Origin: a virus
Taxonomy: Duplodnaviria; Caudoviricetes
Length of the DNA: 47,743 bases
Virus record (IMG/VR): IMGVR_UViG_3300047565_000205
Location: 1 to 47,743 of that record
Direction: 5' to 3' (one strand)
Shown here: piece after piece, positions 19,858 through 29,067 of the stretch
How positions within the stretch are numbered: position 1 is the stretch's first letter
How the letters are laid out: each line of letters begins with the position of its first letter
Program-made: the position numbers and the translations under genes
The notes under the pieces: model-generated
The model's database searches: none
The model's input: only the letters and a program-made list of their open reading frames with translations
Told to the model about the DNA's origin: nothing

Positions 19858-20340
19858 ATGAATCAAAGTAAACTTAAGTTAGAAGGTAATATAATCGGTT
19901 ATATGTGTGAATCATCATTAAATGATAATTTAAATGTTCTTAATATTAATATTGATCCTTTTAATGCTTGTAATATTAGGTTTAAAGCACCTGAGATATC
20001 TCCTGAAATAGAAATATTTATTAATAAATTATTTAAGAATGATAAATTTTTCCCTGCGGTGTCTATGATTGTAGGTGGTATATTACATATAATAGAAGCA
20101 GAATTAAAAGTTATAGATGGTAAAGTTTGGAAAAAAATACCAGATAGGATTTTAAAGAAAGTGTGTTTAGATCTTTATGATTTTCAACGAGATACAACTT
20201 GCTGGTATAATATAACCATGCTTCGAACTTTATTAAATCAATATGGAGTTACTAAACAAATGCTATGGGATTATGCATGGGTCAAAAGCAGTAGAGTACG
20301 CGAAGCTTACAAACGAGCAGGCATCCTGATAAAAATATAA
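19858..20340 (+). CDS. Truncated paralogue of the Rep-like protein 25295..26530
   Basis: C-terminal 32 aa are 18/32 identical to a Rep segment; additional upstream similarity. Confidence 0.65.
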   Translation: MNQSKLKLEGNIIGYMCESSLNDNLNVLNINIDPFNACNIRFKAPEISPEIEIFINKLFKNDKFFPAVSMIVGGILHIIEAELKVIDGKVWKKIPDRILKKVCLDLYDFQRDTTCWYNITMLRTLLNQYGVTKQMLWDYAWVKSSRVREAYKRAGILIKI

Positions 20341-20436
20341 ATACTATTGACATTATATTAAGTTTATTACAATATATTATAAGTGTAAATTACATAACTT
20401 TATTTTACGTTAATAAAATTTTAATAAGGATAAAAA

Positions 20437-20864
20437 ATGGATTATATAGCAGATACACATTCACCTGAAGGTCTTTTACATAATGAAACAACTTCAATCG
20501 ATGCTCCATAATACCAACTACTCCTCAAGACTATGTTGATATTCTTCAAGAATTTACTACAACAGATAAAGCTTTTACTGGTATTTTTTTTATGGCTCCT
20601 GTTGCTTTAGGGTTTACAACAAGTTTGATACATCATCTTATTCCTGAGAGGAATGAGTGGCGCTCTTGTTTAACATTCTCATTAGAAGCCTTAACTTTTT
20701 TAGGTTCAGTAGGATTTTCAGTAGGCAGCATGTTTTATGAAAATAAAGGTACTGAGATTAACCAATCACAACATACACAAGCTGTTATATTTGGTTTTAC
20801 TGCGCCAATAGTATTGGCACATAAATTTTCTAATAAAAGAATGTTTTCGTGTCTTAAGGAATAA
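20437..20864 (+). pseudogene. Frameshifted membrane-protein gene (moron-like)
   Basis: AAGGA RBS plus ATG at 20437 stops at 20511; the -1 frame is open from there into track ORF 20592..20864. Confidence 0.55.
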
Positions 20865-20938
20865 AAACACAAAAGTATAATAATAGTTAATTTTATTAAA
20901 AAATATTATGTTTAAATAAGCTAACTTTATTTTTAAAA

Positions 20939-21409
20939 TTAGGTTTTATTACAAGCTACACTACCAAAATAAAAACAGGTCATAACTGTAAATATATTTA
21001 GAATTGAATATAATATATTTACTAAGATTGATGATAATGTATCTATATTTAACTCTTTCAAATCCTGATAAATTAAAATTACTAAAGTAGTATATAAACA
21101 CATAATTAATATAGATAATAATGGTCGTATAAGACCATTAATTGAATCTATTAGTTTTATACCGATAGGAGTATTAATTGTTTCATATAATTTTTCTTTA
21201 ATAGCAGCATCTGCTTGTGTTTGTGCTATTTGTTCTTGAACTTGTACTTGTAATTTTAATTGCATATTAGTATTAGCTATTTGTCTATCTAAAATAGCCA
21301 ATTGATGTATTTTATCTGTTTTATCTTGATAATAATTAAATATTTTATTTAAGAAATTAGGAATATATGCATGTAAAAATCCTATCATTGCTGAAAATAT
21401 TATGCTCAT
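20939..21409 (-). CDS. Holin, 3TM (GTA-holin-like family)
   Basis: N-terminal hydrophobic helix, coiled coil, NGLIRPLLS, two TM helices, C-terminal FYFGS. Confidence 0.75.
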   Translation of the reverse strand: MSIIFSAMIGFLHAYIPNFLNKIFNYYQDKTDKIHQLAILDRQIANTNMQLKLQVQVQEQIAQTQADAAIKEKLYETINTPIGIKLIDSINGLIRPLLSILIMCLYTTLVILIYQDLKELNIDTLSSILVNILYSILNIFTVMTCFYFGSVACNKT

Positions 21410-21480
21410 TTTGTTATTTCTATTATAGTTGTAACCATTGATTTTACGCTATCTAAAGTGAGATATCGTTTTAAATATCC

Positions 21481-21771
21481 TTATTGTTCTAAAGCATTTT
21501 TAATAATAGTTTCTTCAGCATTAATTTTTCCTTTTAATAATCTTATAGTTGTTTCATATTCTTTTTTTTGTTCATCAGTTATATAATTTTTTTGAAGCAT
21601 TTTTTCAAACACTTTTATAGATAAAAGAGTATGATCTTTTTCATATTCAGAACGAGATTCATATTTTTTATGATCCATTATAGCACTTATTATATCTATA
21701 TATTCGTTAAAATCTGGATAAACTATCTTTTTTTGATGTTTTTGAAATCCCGGATAATTCTTTGTCATCAT
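21481..21771 (-). CDS. Hypothetical protein
   Basis: ORF track. Confidence 0.5.
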   Translation of the reverse strand: MMTKNYPGFQKHQKKIVYPDFNEYIDIISAIMDHKKYESRSEYEKDHTLLSIKVFEKMLQKNYITDEQKKEYETTIRLLKGKINAEETIIKNALEQ

Positions 21772-21939
21772 TACCTATATATACACTTTTGGAAAGCTTC
21801 TTAATGCTGAATTAGCTTTATTATATAATTTATATAGAAATATAACATAATTGTAAATAATAACTTTATCAAAGACAGAACAACGTAAAAAACATAAAAA
21901 AAGAATAAAATTATATTTCAAAACACATAGATAGTTATA

Positions 21940-22386
21940 CTATTTAAAATTACTTTTTATAAAATCAATTATGTCTTTGTGGTTAGTAGGTTTTATAAAA
22001 AATTTAATCGCTCCAAATTCAATAGCTTTAGAGTAGTCATTTTTATTATCGCTAGCACTTTGAACAATTACAGGAATATTAGCGAGAGACTTATCAAATT
22101 TTATTTTTTTCAACACTTCTAAACCATGCATATTAGGCATCATTAAATCTAGAAATATAAAATCAATTTCACTTGAATGCTTGCTAAGATAATCTAATGC
22201 TTCTTCTCCACTATATGTGCTAATTATATCATATTTAGCATTCTTTAAAATCATTCTGATTACATGATGATTAATATCCTCATCATCAATTATTAAAACA
22301 ATGCCTTTTATTGAATTAATTGAATCTAAATCTGTTTTTATAGATTTAGATTTCATAATTTTAGCACGTATTTTATATGGTTTCAT
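21940..22386 (-). CDS. Single-domain response regulator (receiver, CheY-like)
   Basis: LIIDDED, phospho-acceptor FLDLMMP, IPVIVQSA, FIKP. Confidence 0.9.
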   Translation of the reverse strand: MKPYKIRAKIMKSKSIKTDLDSINSIKGIVLIIDDEDINHHVIRMILKNAKYDIISTYSGEEALDYLSKHSSEIDFIFLDLMMPNMHGLEVLKKIKFDKSLANIPVIVQSASDNKNDYSKAIEFGAIKFFIKPTNHKDIIDFIKSNFK

Positions 22387-22391
22387 TTACA

Positions 22392-22961
22392 TTAAAACGG
22401 TATTGAGTCTTCTAAATCAAGATTATTGATATCTAACAATGGTTTTTTATCAATTGACTCATTATAATCTAGTTTAGATTGTAAAATATTAGGAACAACT
22501 TCATTAACGCTCATTACTCTTGTAATCACATTTTTCTGTATAGTTCTTCCTTCAGAGTTTACTTTATATATTCCATTATTATCTTTTTCGTCAATTGTTT
22601 TAATAGAAAGCTTAGCTTTTTTACCGATTAAATCAACTGGATAATCTGCTAATTTCCCCATAACTGCCATACACACTTGACGGAGCTTATATTTAGCACG
22701 ATCAACAACTTCGGTATTATCATGAGTTTGCATATAAATGTCATAGATAATACGGTTTTTATAAGCATCTGGACTTAAGATGGTAAAAGCTATACTAAGA
22801 TAATTATCGCCTTTTTTTGATTGTTTAAGCTCAGAACCTGAAATTATAGCATCGTAAATATTATTAGGTAGTAAAACCTGTGATAACTGAGTTTTTTTAG
22901 CTTCTTCACTTTTCATAATATCTTCAATGTTAGTCCAGTCTAATTTTTCATTTGTATTCAT
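22392..22961 (-). CDS. Phage ssDNA-binding protein (DUF669-like)
   Basis: LP...Y.A.I...ELKQSKKG..YL pattern; acidic tail ending DSIPF; next to a Sak4-like gene. Confidence 0.75.
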   Translation of the reverse strand: MNTNEKLDWTNIEDIMKSEEAKKTQLSQVLLPNNIYDAIISGSELKQSKKGDNYLSIAFTILSPDAYKNRIIYDIYMQTHDNTEVVDRAKYKLRQVCMAVMGKLADYPVDLIGKKAKLSIKTIDEKDNNGIYKVNSEGRTIQKNVITRVMSVNEVVPNILQSKLDYNESIDKKPLLDINNLDLEDSIPF

Positions 22962-22987
22962 AATTTATTCTCCTTTTAAGTTATTAA

Positions 22988-23857
22988 TTAACCAGCTCCT
23001 AAATACGCTGTTACATCTCTTTCTTTAGATTCATTAGATTTTTTAAAATCAACAATATTAGAATTGCTTGTATCGATATAATCTACAATCATCTCATGTA
23101 ATAAATCATAAGCTTTATCGATGTGATTTACAACTTTTGGCGGTAATCTAAATCTATTTTTAGCTCTTACTCTGCCATTATCTTCTGTTATTATTACTCT
23201 GTCATCAGTTGCCATACGAACCTTACCTTTTTTTGTTTCAGCAGCAGAAGATATTGCATACATGTCTTTACATAAGAAAAACACACAATCAGCCCATTCA
23301 ACTAAATGAGAGGTAACGTCTTTATCAAGTTTAAGATCAAATTTCGTATAAGATCCATTAATAGGGTCTTGGATAATTTTTCCTTCAAAGTTACTATGAG
23401 CCAGTAATATTATGTTTAAATTACGTTTATTACGTAATGCATCTAAAGCAGATGTTATTTTTGACCATTTGTCGAGAAATAAAATAGTACCTTTTCTATA
23501 AACTTTCTGATTAATCTCAGCAAGTGTTTCAACCCTATTATTGCGAGGATCATTATTATGTTCTTCTACAATTTTAGCGCATACTAGTTTCTCAAGGGCA
23601 TCCATAGTATCAATAACTACAGTTTGATAGTCATGTTCTTCTTTATATAACCATTGAATACTGTCTGTAAGATCCTGATAGGATTTAATTTGATGAGCTC
23701 GTACCGGAAGAGCCTCGGCACCATTTTCAGCACATAAGAATATAGGGTTAGGTGCTTGAGATGCTAATGTACTTTTTCCAGCTCCTTCACCACCATAAAC
23801 TACCCACCTATGAGGCTTTAATGTAATTCTTGCTTCTAATTTTGATAAATCTAACAT
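22988..23857 (-). CDS. Sak4-like / AAA_24 ssDNA-annealing ATPase
   Basis: YGGEGAGKST, TVVIDT, ILLAH, EWAD.V.F, AKNRF.LP. Confidence 0.85.
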   Translation of the reverse strand: MLDLSKLEARITLKPHRWVVYGGEGAGKSTLASQAPNPIFLCAENGAEALPVRAHQIKSYQDLTDSIQWLYKEEHDYQTVVIDTMDALEKLVCAKIVEEHNNDPRNNRVETLAEINQKVYRKGTILFLDKWSKITSALDALRNKRNLNIILLAHSNFEGKIIQDPINGSYTKFDLKLDKDVTSHLVEWADCVFFLCKDMYAISSAAETKKGKVRMATDDRVIITEDNGRVRAKNRFRLPPKVVNHIDKAYDLLHEMIVDYIDTSNSNIVDFKKSNESKERDVTAYLGAG

Positions 23858-24090
23858 ATTTTTGCTCCTTTTTTAAATTATATAACATTTTAAATATAGA
23901 GCAAAAATTATAAGCTGTCAATGTATTATTTTGTATATGTATTGTGTATATAATGTCAATATATTGTATAGGGTAGTTTTAACAAACTCTCGAATAGTAT
24001 ATATGTATTATATATAATGTATTGACATGCGATTGTGTTGTATATAATGTTTAACTTGTAAGCATATGCTTATAATTTAAAATAAGGAGT
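23858..24090. promoter_or_regulatory. Divergent promoter / switch region
   Basis: Minus-strand TTGACA at 23921 (N17-TATATT) and 23959; plus-strand TTGACA at 24022; tatataatgt three times; 14-bp palindrome taagcatatgctta at 24059-24072. Confidence 0.65.
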
Positions 24091-24096
24091 TTAAAA

Positions 24097-24225
24097 ATGA
24101 TAAAAAAAACTATACGAGCATATAAAGATGGATACATTAATTTTTTTGAAGCATTACAGATAATCCTTCTTTATGTGGGTTTAAATACTAAACGTAAACA
24201 AATTTCAGCAAAAACAATATTTTAA
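24097..24225 (+). CDS. Small 42-aa protein (absent from the ORF track)
   Basis: Strong AAGGAG RBS; MIKKTIRAYKDGYINFFEALQIILLYVGLNTKRKQISAKTIF. Confidence 0.55.
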   Translation: MIKKTIRAYKDGYINFFEALQIILLYVGLNTKRKQISAKTIF

Positions 24226-24235
24226 GGTATATATT

Positions 24236-24601
24236 ATGAGCAAAAAATTTATAGATACTAAATTAGGAATTTATGATATTCATATGAATTATGTTTTGGA
24301 AGATGATACTTTATTAAAAAATCTTTTAAATATTACATCTGTAGATAATGAAGGAAGTTCTACTATAATGCAGATATCAAATTTCTTTAATAATCATGAT
24401 TTTCTTGATCAAGAAGCTATACGTATTAATATACAAACATTTAAAAACAACAAACATATTACAGGATTAAGCGTGTATTTAGATGTAGTTTCTGTTCAAT
24501 TTTTAATAGATAGTTTGCAAAATATGGTTGACAAGATGAAAGTTAAAAATTCTAATGAAGAAAATGCTTTCAAAAAGGAAATTATTAATGACCCTATCTG
24601 A
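24236..24601 (+). CDS. Hypothetical protein
   Basis: ORF track. Confidence 0.55.
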   Translation: MSKKFIDTKLGIYDIHMNYVLEDDTLLKNLLNITSVDNEGSSTIMQISNFFNNHDFLDQEAIRINIQTFKNNKHITGLSVYLDVVSVQFLIDSLQNMVDKMKVKNSNEENAFKKEIINDPI

Positions 24602-24803
24602 TCCTAGAAATCTAATCACTATAGACGAGATGGCAAGAAGATTGCCTACTATATTAACTGCAACAAGAATAAAATTTTGGTTACGTCTCCGTAATGAAAA
24701 CGGTCTTAAAGAAAGCGGAGCAATTGTTAAAATCGAAAGACAGTTATTAATAGATGAGACTAAGTTCATTGACTGGCTACAAAAGAATAAAATGAAGACA
24801 TAG
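24588..24803 (+). CDS. Excisionase-like winged-HTH DNA-binding protein
   Basis: LITIDEMA...IKFWL....NGL...AIVKIERQLLIDETKFIDWL; start taken at the internal ATG. Confidence 0.65.
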   Translation: MTLSDPRNLITIDEMARRLPTILTATRIKFWLRLRNENGLKESGAIVKIERQLLIDETKFIDWLQKNKMKT

Positions 24804-24900
24804 CCAGTTGACAAACGTGACAATATACAAAAATTTGCTTTATTATTATAATTTATGTTATAAATCTTAAAAAGAAAATCAATTTAATTAGATAGGTTAA

Positions 24901-25101
24901 ATGATTGAAGAGCAAATTAAAGTAGATATAAAAAAGACTTTAGAAAAGTCTAGGCAAGCTAAATTAGATAATTTATGGAGAGATCCTAGAGAAAGGTTTA
25001 ACAATTCTCAGATAAATAATAAGAATAACTGTTTAAATTATTTGTTAGTTATATTGGTGATTATAACTATTGTTTTTTTAATTAAATCTTTAATTGTTTA
25101 A
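24901..25101 (+). CDS. Small protein with C-terminal membrane anchor
   Basis: Ends YLLVILVIITIVFLIKSLIV. Confidence 0.55.
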   Translation: MIEEQIKVDIKKTLEKSRQAKLDNLWRDPRERFNNSQINNKNNCLNYLLVILVIITIVFLIKSLIV

Positions 25102-25103
25102 AT

Positions 25104-25134
25104 TAAAAAAGGCTCCGTTAAAGAGCCTTTTTTA
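25104..25134. terminator. Bidirectional intrinsic terminator
   Basis: taaaaaaggctc / gagcctttttta. Confidence 0.85.
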
Positions 25135-25292
25135 TTAACTACTAACTACAAAACAAAGAACTTGTAATTTAATTAAGTACCAACTATATTAAAAACCGAC
25201 AAAAGAATTTTAATGAGTGGTTTTTTATGAAACTCCCGCTAGAAAATTTCAAAAGCCCTAATCGAAGGTTTTACGCTTTTCAAAGGCCTTCG
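25104..25292 (-). ncRNA. Candidate counter-transcribed RNA antisense to the rep leader
   Basis: Minus-strand TTGACA(25327-25322)-N17-TAATGT(25304-25299); hairpin 25262-25293; terminators near 25190 or 25104. Confidence 0.45.
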
Positions 25293-25294
25293 AA

Positions 25295-26530
25295 ATGAAC
25301 ATTATCTCATCAAATATTCCCTGTCAACAAAAAAACCATAAATTCGTTAATTTTAATACTGACTCTGTTAACCTTCGTCGAAAAGATATTAATGATAATT
25401 TAAATGCTCTTAATATTATCTCTTCTAATAAAGCTAAAACCATTAAAATTTTAGACGTTAAAGGTATATTTCATGCCGTTACTTTCTTAGGCACTTTCTC
25501 AGGTACTTTTTCGCCCCCTAAAATTTTAGCTAATATGCAGAAATTTGTTGAGCGCAACAATGAAATTCTTAAACCTAGCTTTGGTAGGTTTACAGGCGCT
25601 ACCGTGGAAATGATGGGAATGCTAATACATATGGCAGAAAAAATGGGCAAAACAAAATTTTCACATAAGAATTCAATTGATCTTGATTTAAAATATTATT
25701 GTACTGATGAAGATTTAATAGAGTTATCCAAAGGAATGATTAAAAGCAAAAGGACTATTATAAGAGAAAGAAAGAAGATTATTAAATGTGGTCTTATAAC
25801 AGTAACTAAGGAACAACCAAGAACAAAGTATGGTTATCCTAATAACAAATATACTTATTCTATAAACTTTGCTCTTTTGAAAGAGTATGGACTTACCAAG
25901 AATCATTTTTATAATTACGCCAGGGTCAAAAGCAGCAGAATAAGAAAAGCATATAATGCATCAGGAATAGAACAAAAAAAGAACAATACCCTTAAAATAA
26001 ACGGTCTTAACAGGCTTACAGAGTTCTATGATGACTCTCTTAAACAGAATTTAATCAAACGAAAAAAAAATGTCACCACTAAATATAGTCTTAACATAGT
26101 ATATAATAATAATAGGTTTAAAAATTTTTTAAATGATGAAAATAAAAGAAGAAAACGGATAAGTTTTGATAAAGTATATTACAACAACAAAGAATATAAG
26201 ACTTTTTCAGTTGAAGAAGATAGAAGGATTGAGCAATTTTTACTGCAATTTGTTACTGCTGAGCAAGAAGAAGGTGAAGAAAGAAATAGGAGAATTGGTA
26301 AACACCGAGATCTTATAGAAGAACGCAAGACTTTGAAATTATCTACAAATCTAACAACTCAATTACTAAAAGACTTGTCAATACTCTTATATTCCAATGC
26401 AAGCAAAAAATTAGGAATAACTAAACCTCCAGAGAGTCCTTTACTTACAAGTATACCGCGCCATAGATTACCTTATCGTCAACGTGTTTATACTCCAGGT
26501 TTTAAATTTAGACCATACGCAGGAATTTGA
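25295..26530 (+). CDS. Putative replication initiator (winged-HTH Rep-like)
   Basis: DEDLIELS...SKRTIIRERKKIIKCGLITV...NKYTYSINF wHTH pattern; basic protein; no other replication genes recognised. Confidence 0.6.
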   Translation: MNIISSNIPCQQKNHKFVNFNTDSVNLRRKDINDNLNALNIISSNKAKTIKILDVKGIFHAVTFLGTFSGTFSPPKILANMQKFVERNNEILKPSFGRFTGATVEMMGMLIHMAEKMGKTKFSHKNSIDLDLKYYCTDEDLIELSKGMIKSKRTIIRERKKIIKCGLITVTKEQPRTKYGYPNNKYTYSINFALLKEYGLTKNHFYNYARVKSSRIRKAYNASGIEQKKNNTLKINGLNRLTEFYDDSLKQNLIKRKKNVTTKYSLNIVYNNNRFKNFLNDENKRRKRISFDKVYYNNKEYKTFSVEEDRRIEQFLLQFVTAEQEEGEERNRRIGKHRDLIEERKTLKLSTNLTTQLLKDLSILLYSNASKKLGITKPPESPLLTSIPRHRLPYRQRVYTPGFKFRPYAGI

Positions 26531-26548
26531 TAGCAAGTAAGATAAAAA

Positions 26549-26755
26549 ATGCATATTAAATTTATTATAGATTGTATAATAACAAAACGAAATACTTTTG
26601 ATTATATTAAGGAAGACGAAAGGAAACAATCTATTAAACGTCACCAATATTTAGACAGAGAATATAGTGATTTAAAATTAGATATAATGGAAAGTCCTGA
26701 TCTTTATGCCAGATTTCCTGAGCTACAAGAAGATTGTGATGAAGACTGTTATTAG
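26549..26755 (+). CDS. Hypothetical protein
   Basis: ORF track. Confidence 0.5.
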   Translation: MHIKFIIDCIITKRNTFDYIKEDERKQSIKRHQYLDREYSDLKLDIMESPDLYARFPELQEDCDEDCY

Positions 26756-26805
26756 TATAATTAATATGATAAAATTCATATAGAAACAATATATAAAAAG
26801 GAAAT

Positions 26806-27102
26806 ATGAAAAAATTAACTTTTAATAAAAAAAAAGAAATAGCTGATAAATTATATGCACCATTTTCTCAAGAAATAGTTGCATCATTTAAAAAATTGCC
26901 CGATAAAATCAAAGAAGAACTTTATAGGCTTAACATAGGGGGAAATAATGAAGATAATAAAAATGTAATACTTAATAGTATGATATTAAACTTAATAGTT
27001 CGCCTAGGAGAACTATTGGATATACGCTATGAGCTGCCTCAGCATTCTAGTTTAAAGCGTATTTGTCAGGAAGTGACGTCAGAAGATCAATCAATACATT
27101 AG
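26806..27102 (+). CDS. Hypothetical protein
   Basis: AAGGA RBS. Confidence 0.55.
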   Translation: MKKLTFNKKKEIADKLYAPFSQEIVASFKKLPDKIKEELYRLNIGGNNEDNKNVILNSMILNLIVRLGELLDIRYELPQHSSLKRICQEVTSEDQSIH

Positions 27103-27108
27103 GGTTTG

Positions 27109-27147
27109 ATAAGACTTTGTATTTCTTAGCGAATATCAAAGACTTAT
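27109..27147 (+). terminator. Imperfect hairpin, possible terminator at the left edge of the cargo island
   Basis: ataagactttgtatt / aatatcaaagacttat. Confidence 0.4.
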
Positions 27148-27465
27148 AAAATTGATGATTTTTTAATTGTATTTATAATTTAACTAGATTAACTTGTACT
27201 AAGTATTAATTTATTTAAAGTATAACGCTAGCCTAACCCTAAACAATTCAACCACTAAGCTTTTTAATTCATAGCCCTTCTCAATCAAAAATATAAAATT
27301 TAATATAATAATCAATAATAAGTATTTACCTTAGTTACGAGATTTAAATTTTATGGTTCGTTGCTCTTTTTTATTAAAGATTATCGACAAATGTCCCGCC
27401 AGTGATCCCTGGAATTATTTTTCTTTACAGCAAAAAAAACATAGCTATGTTAAAAGGTATATTTA

Positions 27466-27553
27466 GATTCATCAGGGGTGTTTTGCTTTAAGCAAGACTG
27501 AGAAAAACCCTTATAACCTGCTCTGGGTAATGCCTGCGGAGGAAGTGTGAAGC
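27466..27553 (+). ncRNA. TPP riboswitch (THI element) aptamer
   Basis: AGGGGTG...CTGAGA...ACCC...AACCTG.TCTGGGTAATGCC.GCG.AGGAA consensus; P1 ttcat/gtgaa; directly upstream of thi genes. Confidence 0.95.
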
Positions 27554-27561
27554 AAATTTAT

Positions 27562-27652
27562 ACTAAGGTCATTTATGATTTTAGTTTTTATAAGATGTGT
27601 AAACTATAAATTTGACACATTTTTGCTTTTTCATTTTCTCCAATTTTTGGAG
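27562..27652 (+). promoter_or_regulatory. Riboswitch expression platform: terminator-like hairpin and SD-sequestering hairpin
   Basis: actaaggtca/tgattttagt followed by Ts; ctccaa(27638)/ttggag(27647) masks the GGAG before the thiE ATG. Confidence 0.6.
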
Positions 27653-27659
27653 TTATACT

Positions 27660-28298
27660 ATGAAAAAGAACATTCCTTTTCTTACATTGGTTACAAATAA
27701 AAACAATATAACATTAGATAAATATCTAAAGTTTTTAGAAATTTGTGCTAATTATGGCATAGATTCTGTCCAACTTCGTGAAAAACACTTAAACAAACGT
27801 GAGTTATTTGAATTAGCAACTATCATGCTTGAAACACTCACACCTTTAAATATCTCTCTTATCATTAATGATAATCCTGAGCTGGCCCACAAAGTTGGAG
27901 CAGCAGGTGTACATCTAGGACAAGATGATGGCAATGTATTTAAGGCAAGAAAACTTCTTGGAGATAATAAAATCATTGGCCTTACTGTAAATTCTCTTGA
28001 ACAACTTAAACTAGCAAATGAATTGCCAATAAATTATGTTGGCGTAGGAGCAATCTTTCCAACCAAAAACAAACCAAATGTTAAAACAATCTGGAAATGC
28101 AAAGGTTTAAAGCAATGTGCATCTATTTCAAATAAACCAATAATTGCAATTGGTGGAATAGATGAATCCAATATTGAAGAAGTTTTACTATCTGGAGCAA
28201 GAGGGATAGCTGCTATCGGAGCGTTCCATAACGCTTATGACCCAGCATTTACCACCAAAACTTTACATAACCATATAAGGAAATTTTATCATGCTTGA
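27660..28298 (+). CDS. thiE: Thiamine-phosphate synthase
   Basis: VQLREK, LIIND, GVHLGQDD, FPTKNK, AIGGI; GGAG RBS before ATG 27660. Confidence 0.95.
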   Translation: MKKNIPFLTLVTNKNNITLDKYLKFLEICANYGIDSVQLREKHLNKRELFELATIMLETLTPLNISLIINDNPELAHKVGAAGVHLGQDDGNVFKARKLLGDNKIIGLTVNSLEQLKLANELPINYVGVGAIFPTKNKPNVKTIWKCKGLKQCASISNKPIIAIGGIDESNIEEVLLSGARGIAAIGAFHNAYDPAFTTKTLHNHIRKFYHA

Positions 28299-29067
28299 AG
28301 ACATAAAAAATGCAATAGAGAAAATTAAGGGAAACAAGCCATTGATATTAATCCTAACAAATTATGTGACGATGGATTTTATTGCAAACTCATTACTTGC
28401 TATCGGCGCCGCACCAATTATGTCAGAATATGAAAGTGACTTAGAAGATCTAGTTAAAATAAGTAATGCGATCTATATAAACATTGGCAGTTTACATAAA
28501 AATTTCATTAACAGCGCAAAACTTGCAACAAAACTTGCAAAAAAATATAATAAACCCCTAATACTAGATCCTGTCGGCTCTGGTGCAACAAGTCTGCGCA
28601 ATGAGTTATCTAAAAAAATTACAGTCAAAGCTGACATAGTTAGAGGCAATGCCAGCGAGATTATCTCACTAATAGATGATGGCGTCAGGGCTCGCGGAGT
28701 AGAATCTTTACATTCCACACACCAAGCAAAAGAAATAGCGCAAATAATTGCTAAGGTAAATAATAACGTCGTTACAGTCAGCGGAGAAGTTGATTTCATA
28801 ACAAATGGAGATAAGGATATAGAGCTAAGGTTTGGCTCTTCACTTATGCCTCTTATTACTGGCATGGGGTGTTCTTTAACTGCTATAATTGCTACATTTA
28901 AAACTATTATTCCTGATTCATTTGAAGCATCAAAACTTGCAACAGCATATTTTGGACTGTGCGGACAAATAACAGAAAGTAAAACAGACAAACCAGGATC
29001 ATTTCGTGTTGAATTTATTAATCAATTATATTCATGTGACATCGATACAATGAGGAAATTTATATGA
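28291..29067 (+). CDS. thiM: Hydroxyethylthiazole kinase
   Basis: TNYVT...AN.LLAIGAAPIM, LDPVG, RGNASEI, TGMGC. Confidence 0.95.
   Translation: MLEDIKNAIEKIKGNKPLILILTNYVTMDFIANSLLAIGAAPIMSEYESDLEDLVKISNAIYINIGSLHKNFINSAKLATKLAKKYNKPLILDPVGSGATSLRNELSKKITVKADIVRGNASEIISLIDDGVRARGVESLHSTHQAKEIAQIIAKVNNNVVTVSGEVDFITNGDKDIELRFGSSLMPLITGMGCSLTAIIATFKTIIPDSFEASKLATAYFGLCGQITESKTDKPGSFRVEFINQLYSCDIDTMRKFI

Noticed and set aside
12843-25906. Antisense ORFs 12843, 24503 and 25724
   Set aside because: Overlap better-supported plus-strand genes.
27210-27335. Short open minus-strand frame left of the riboswitch
   Set aside because: No convincing start or RBS and no recognisable similarity.
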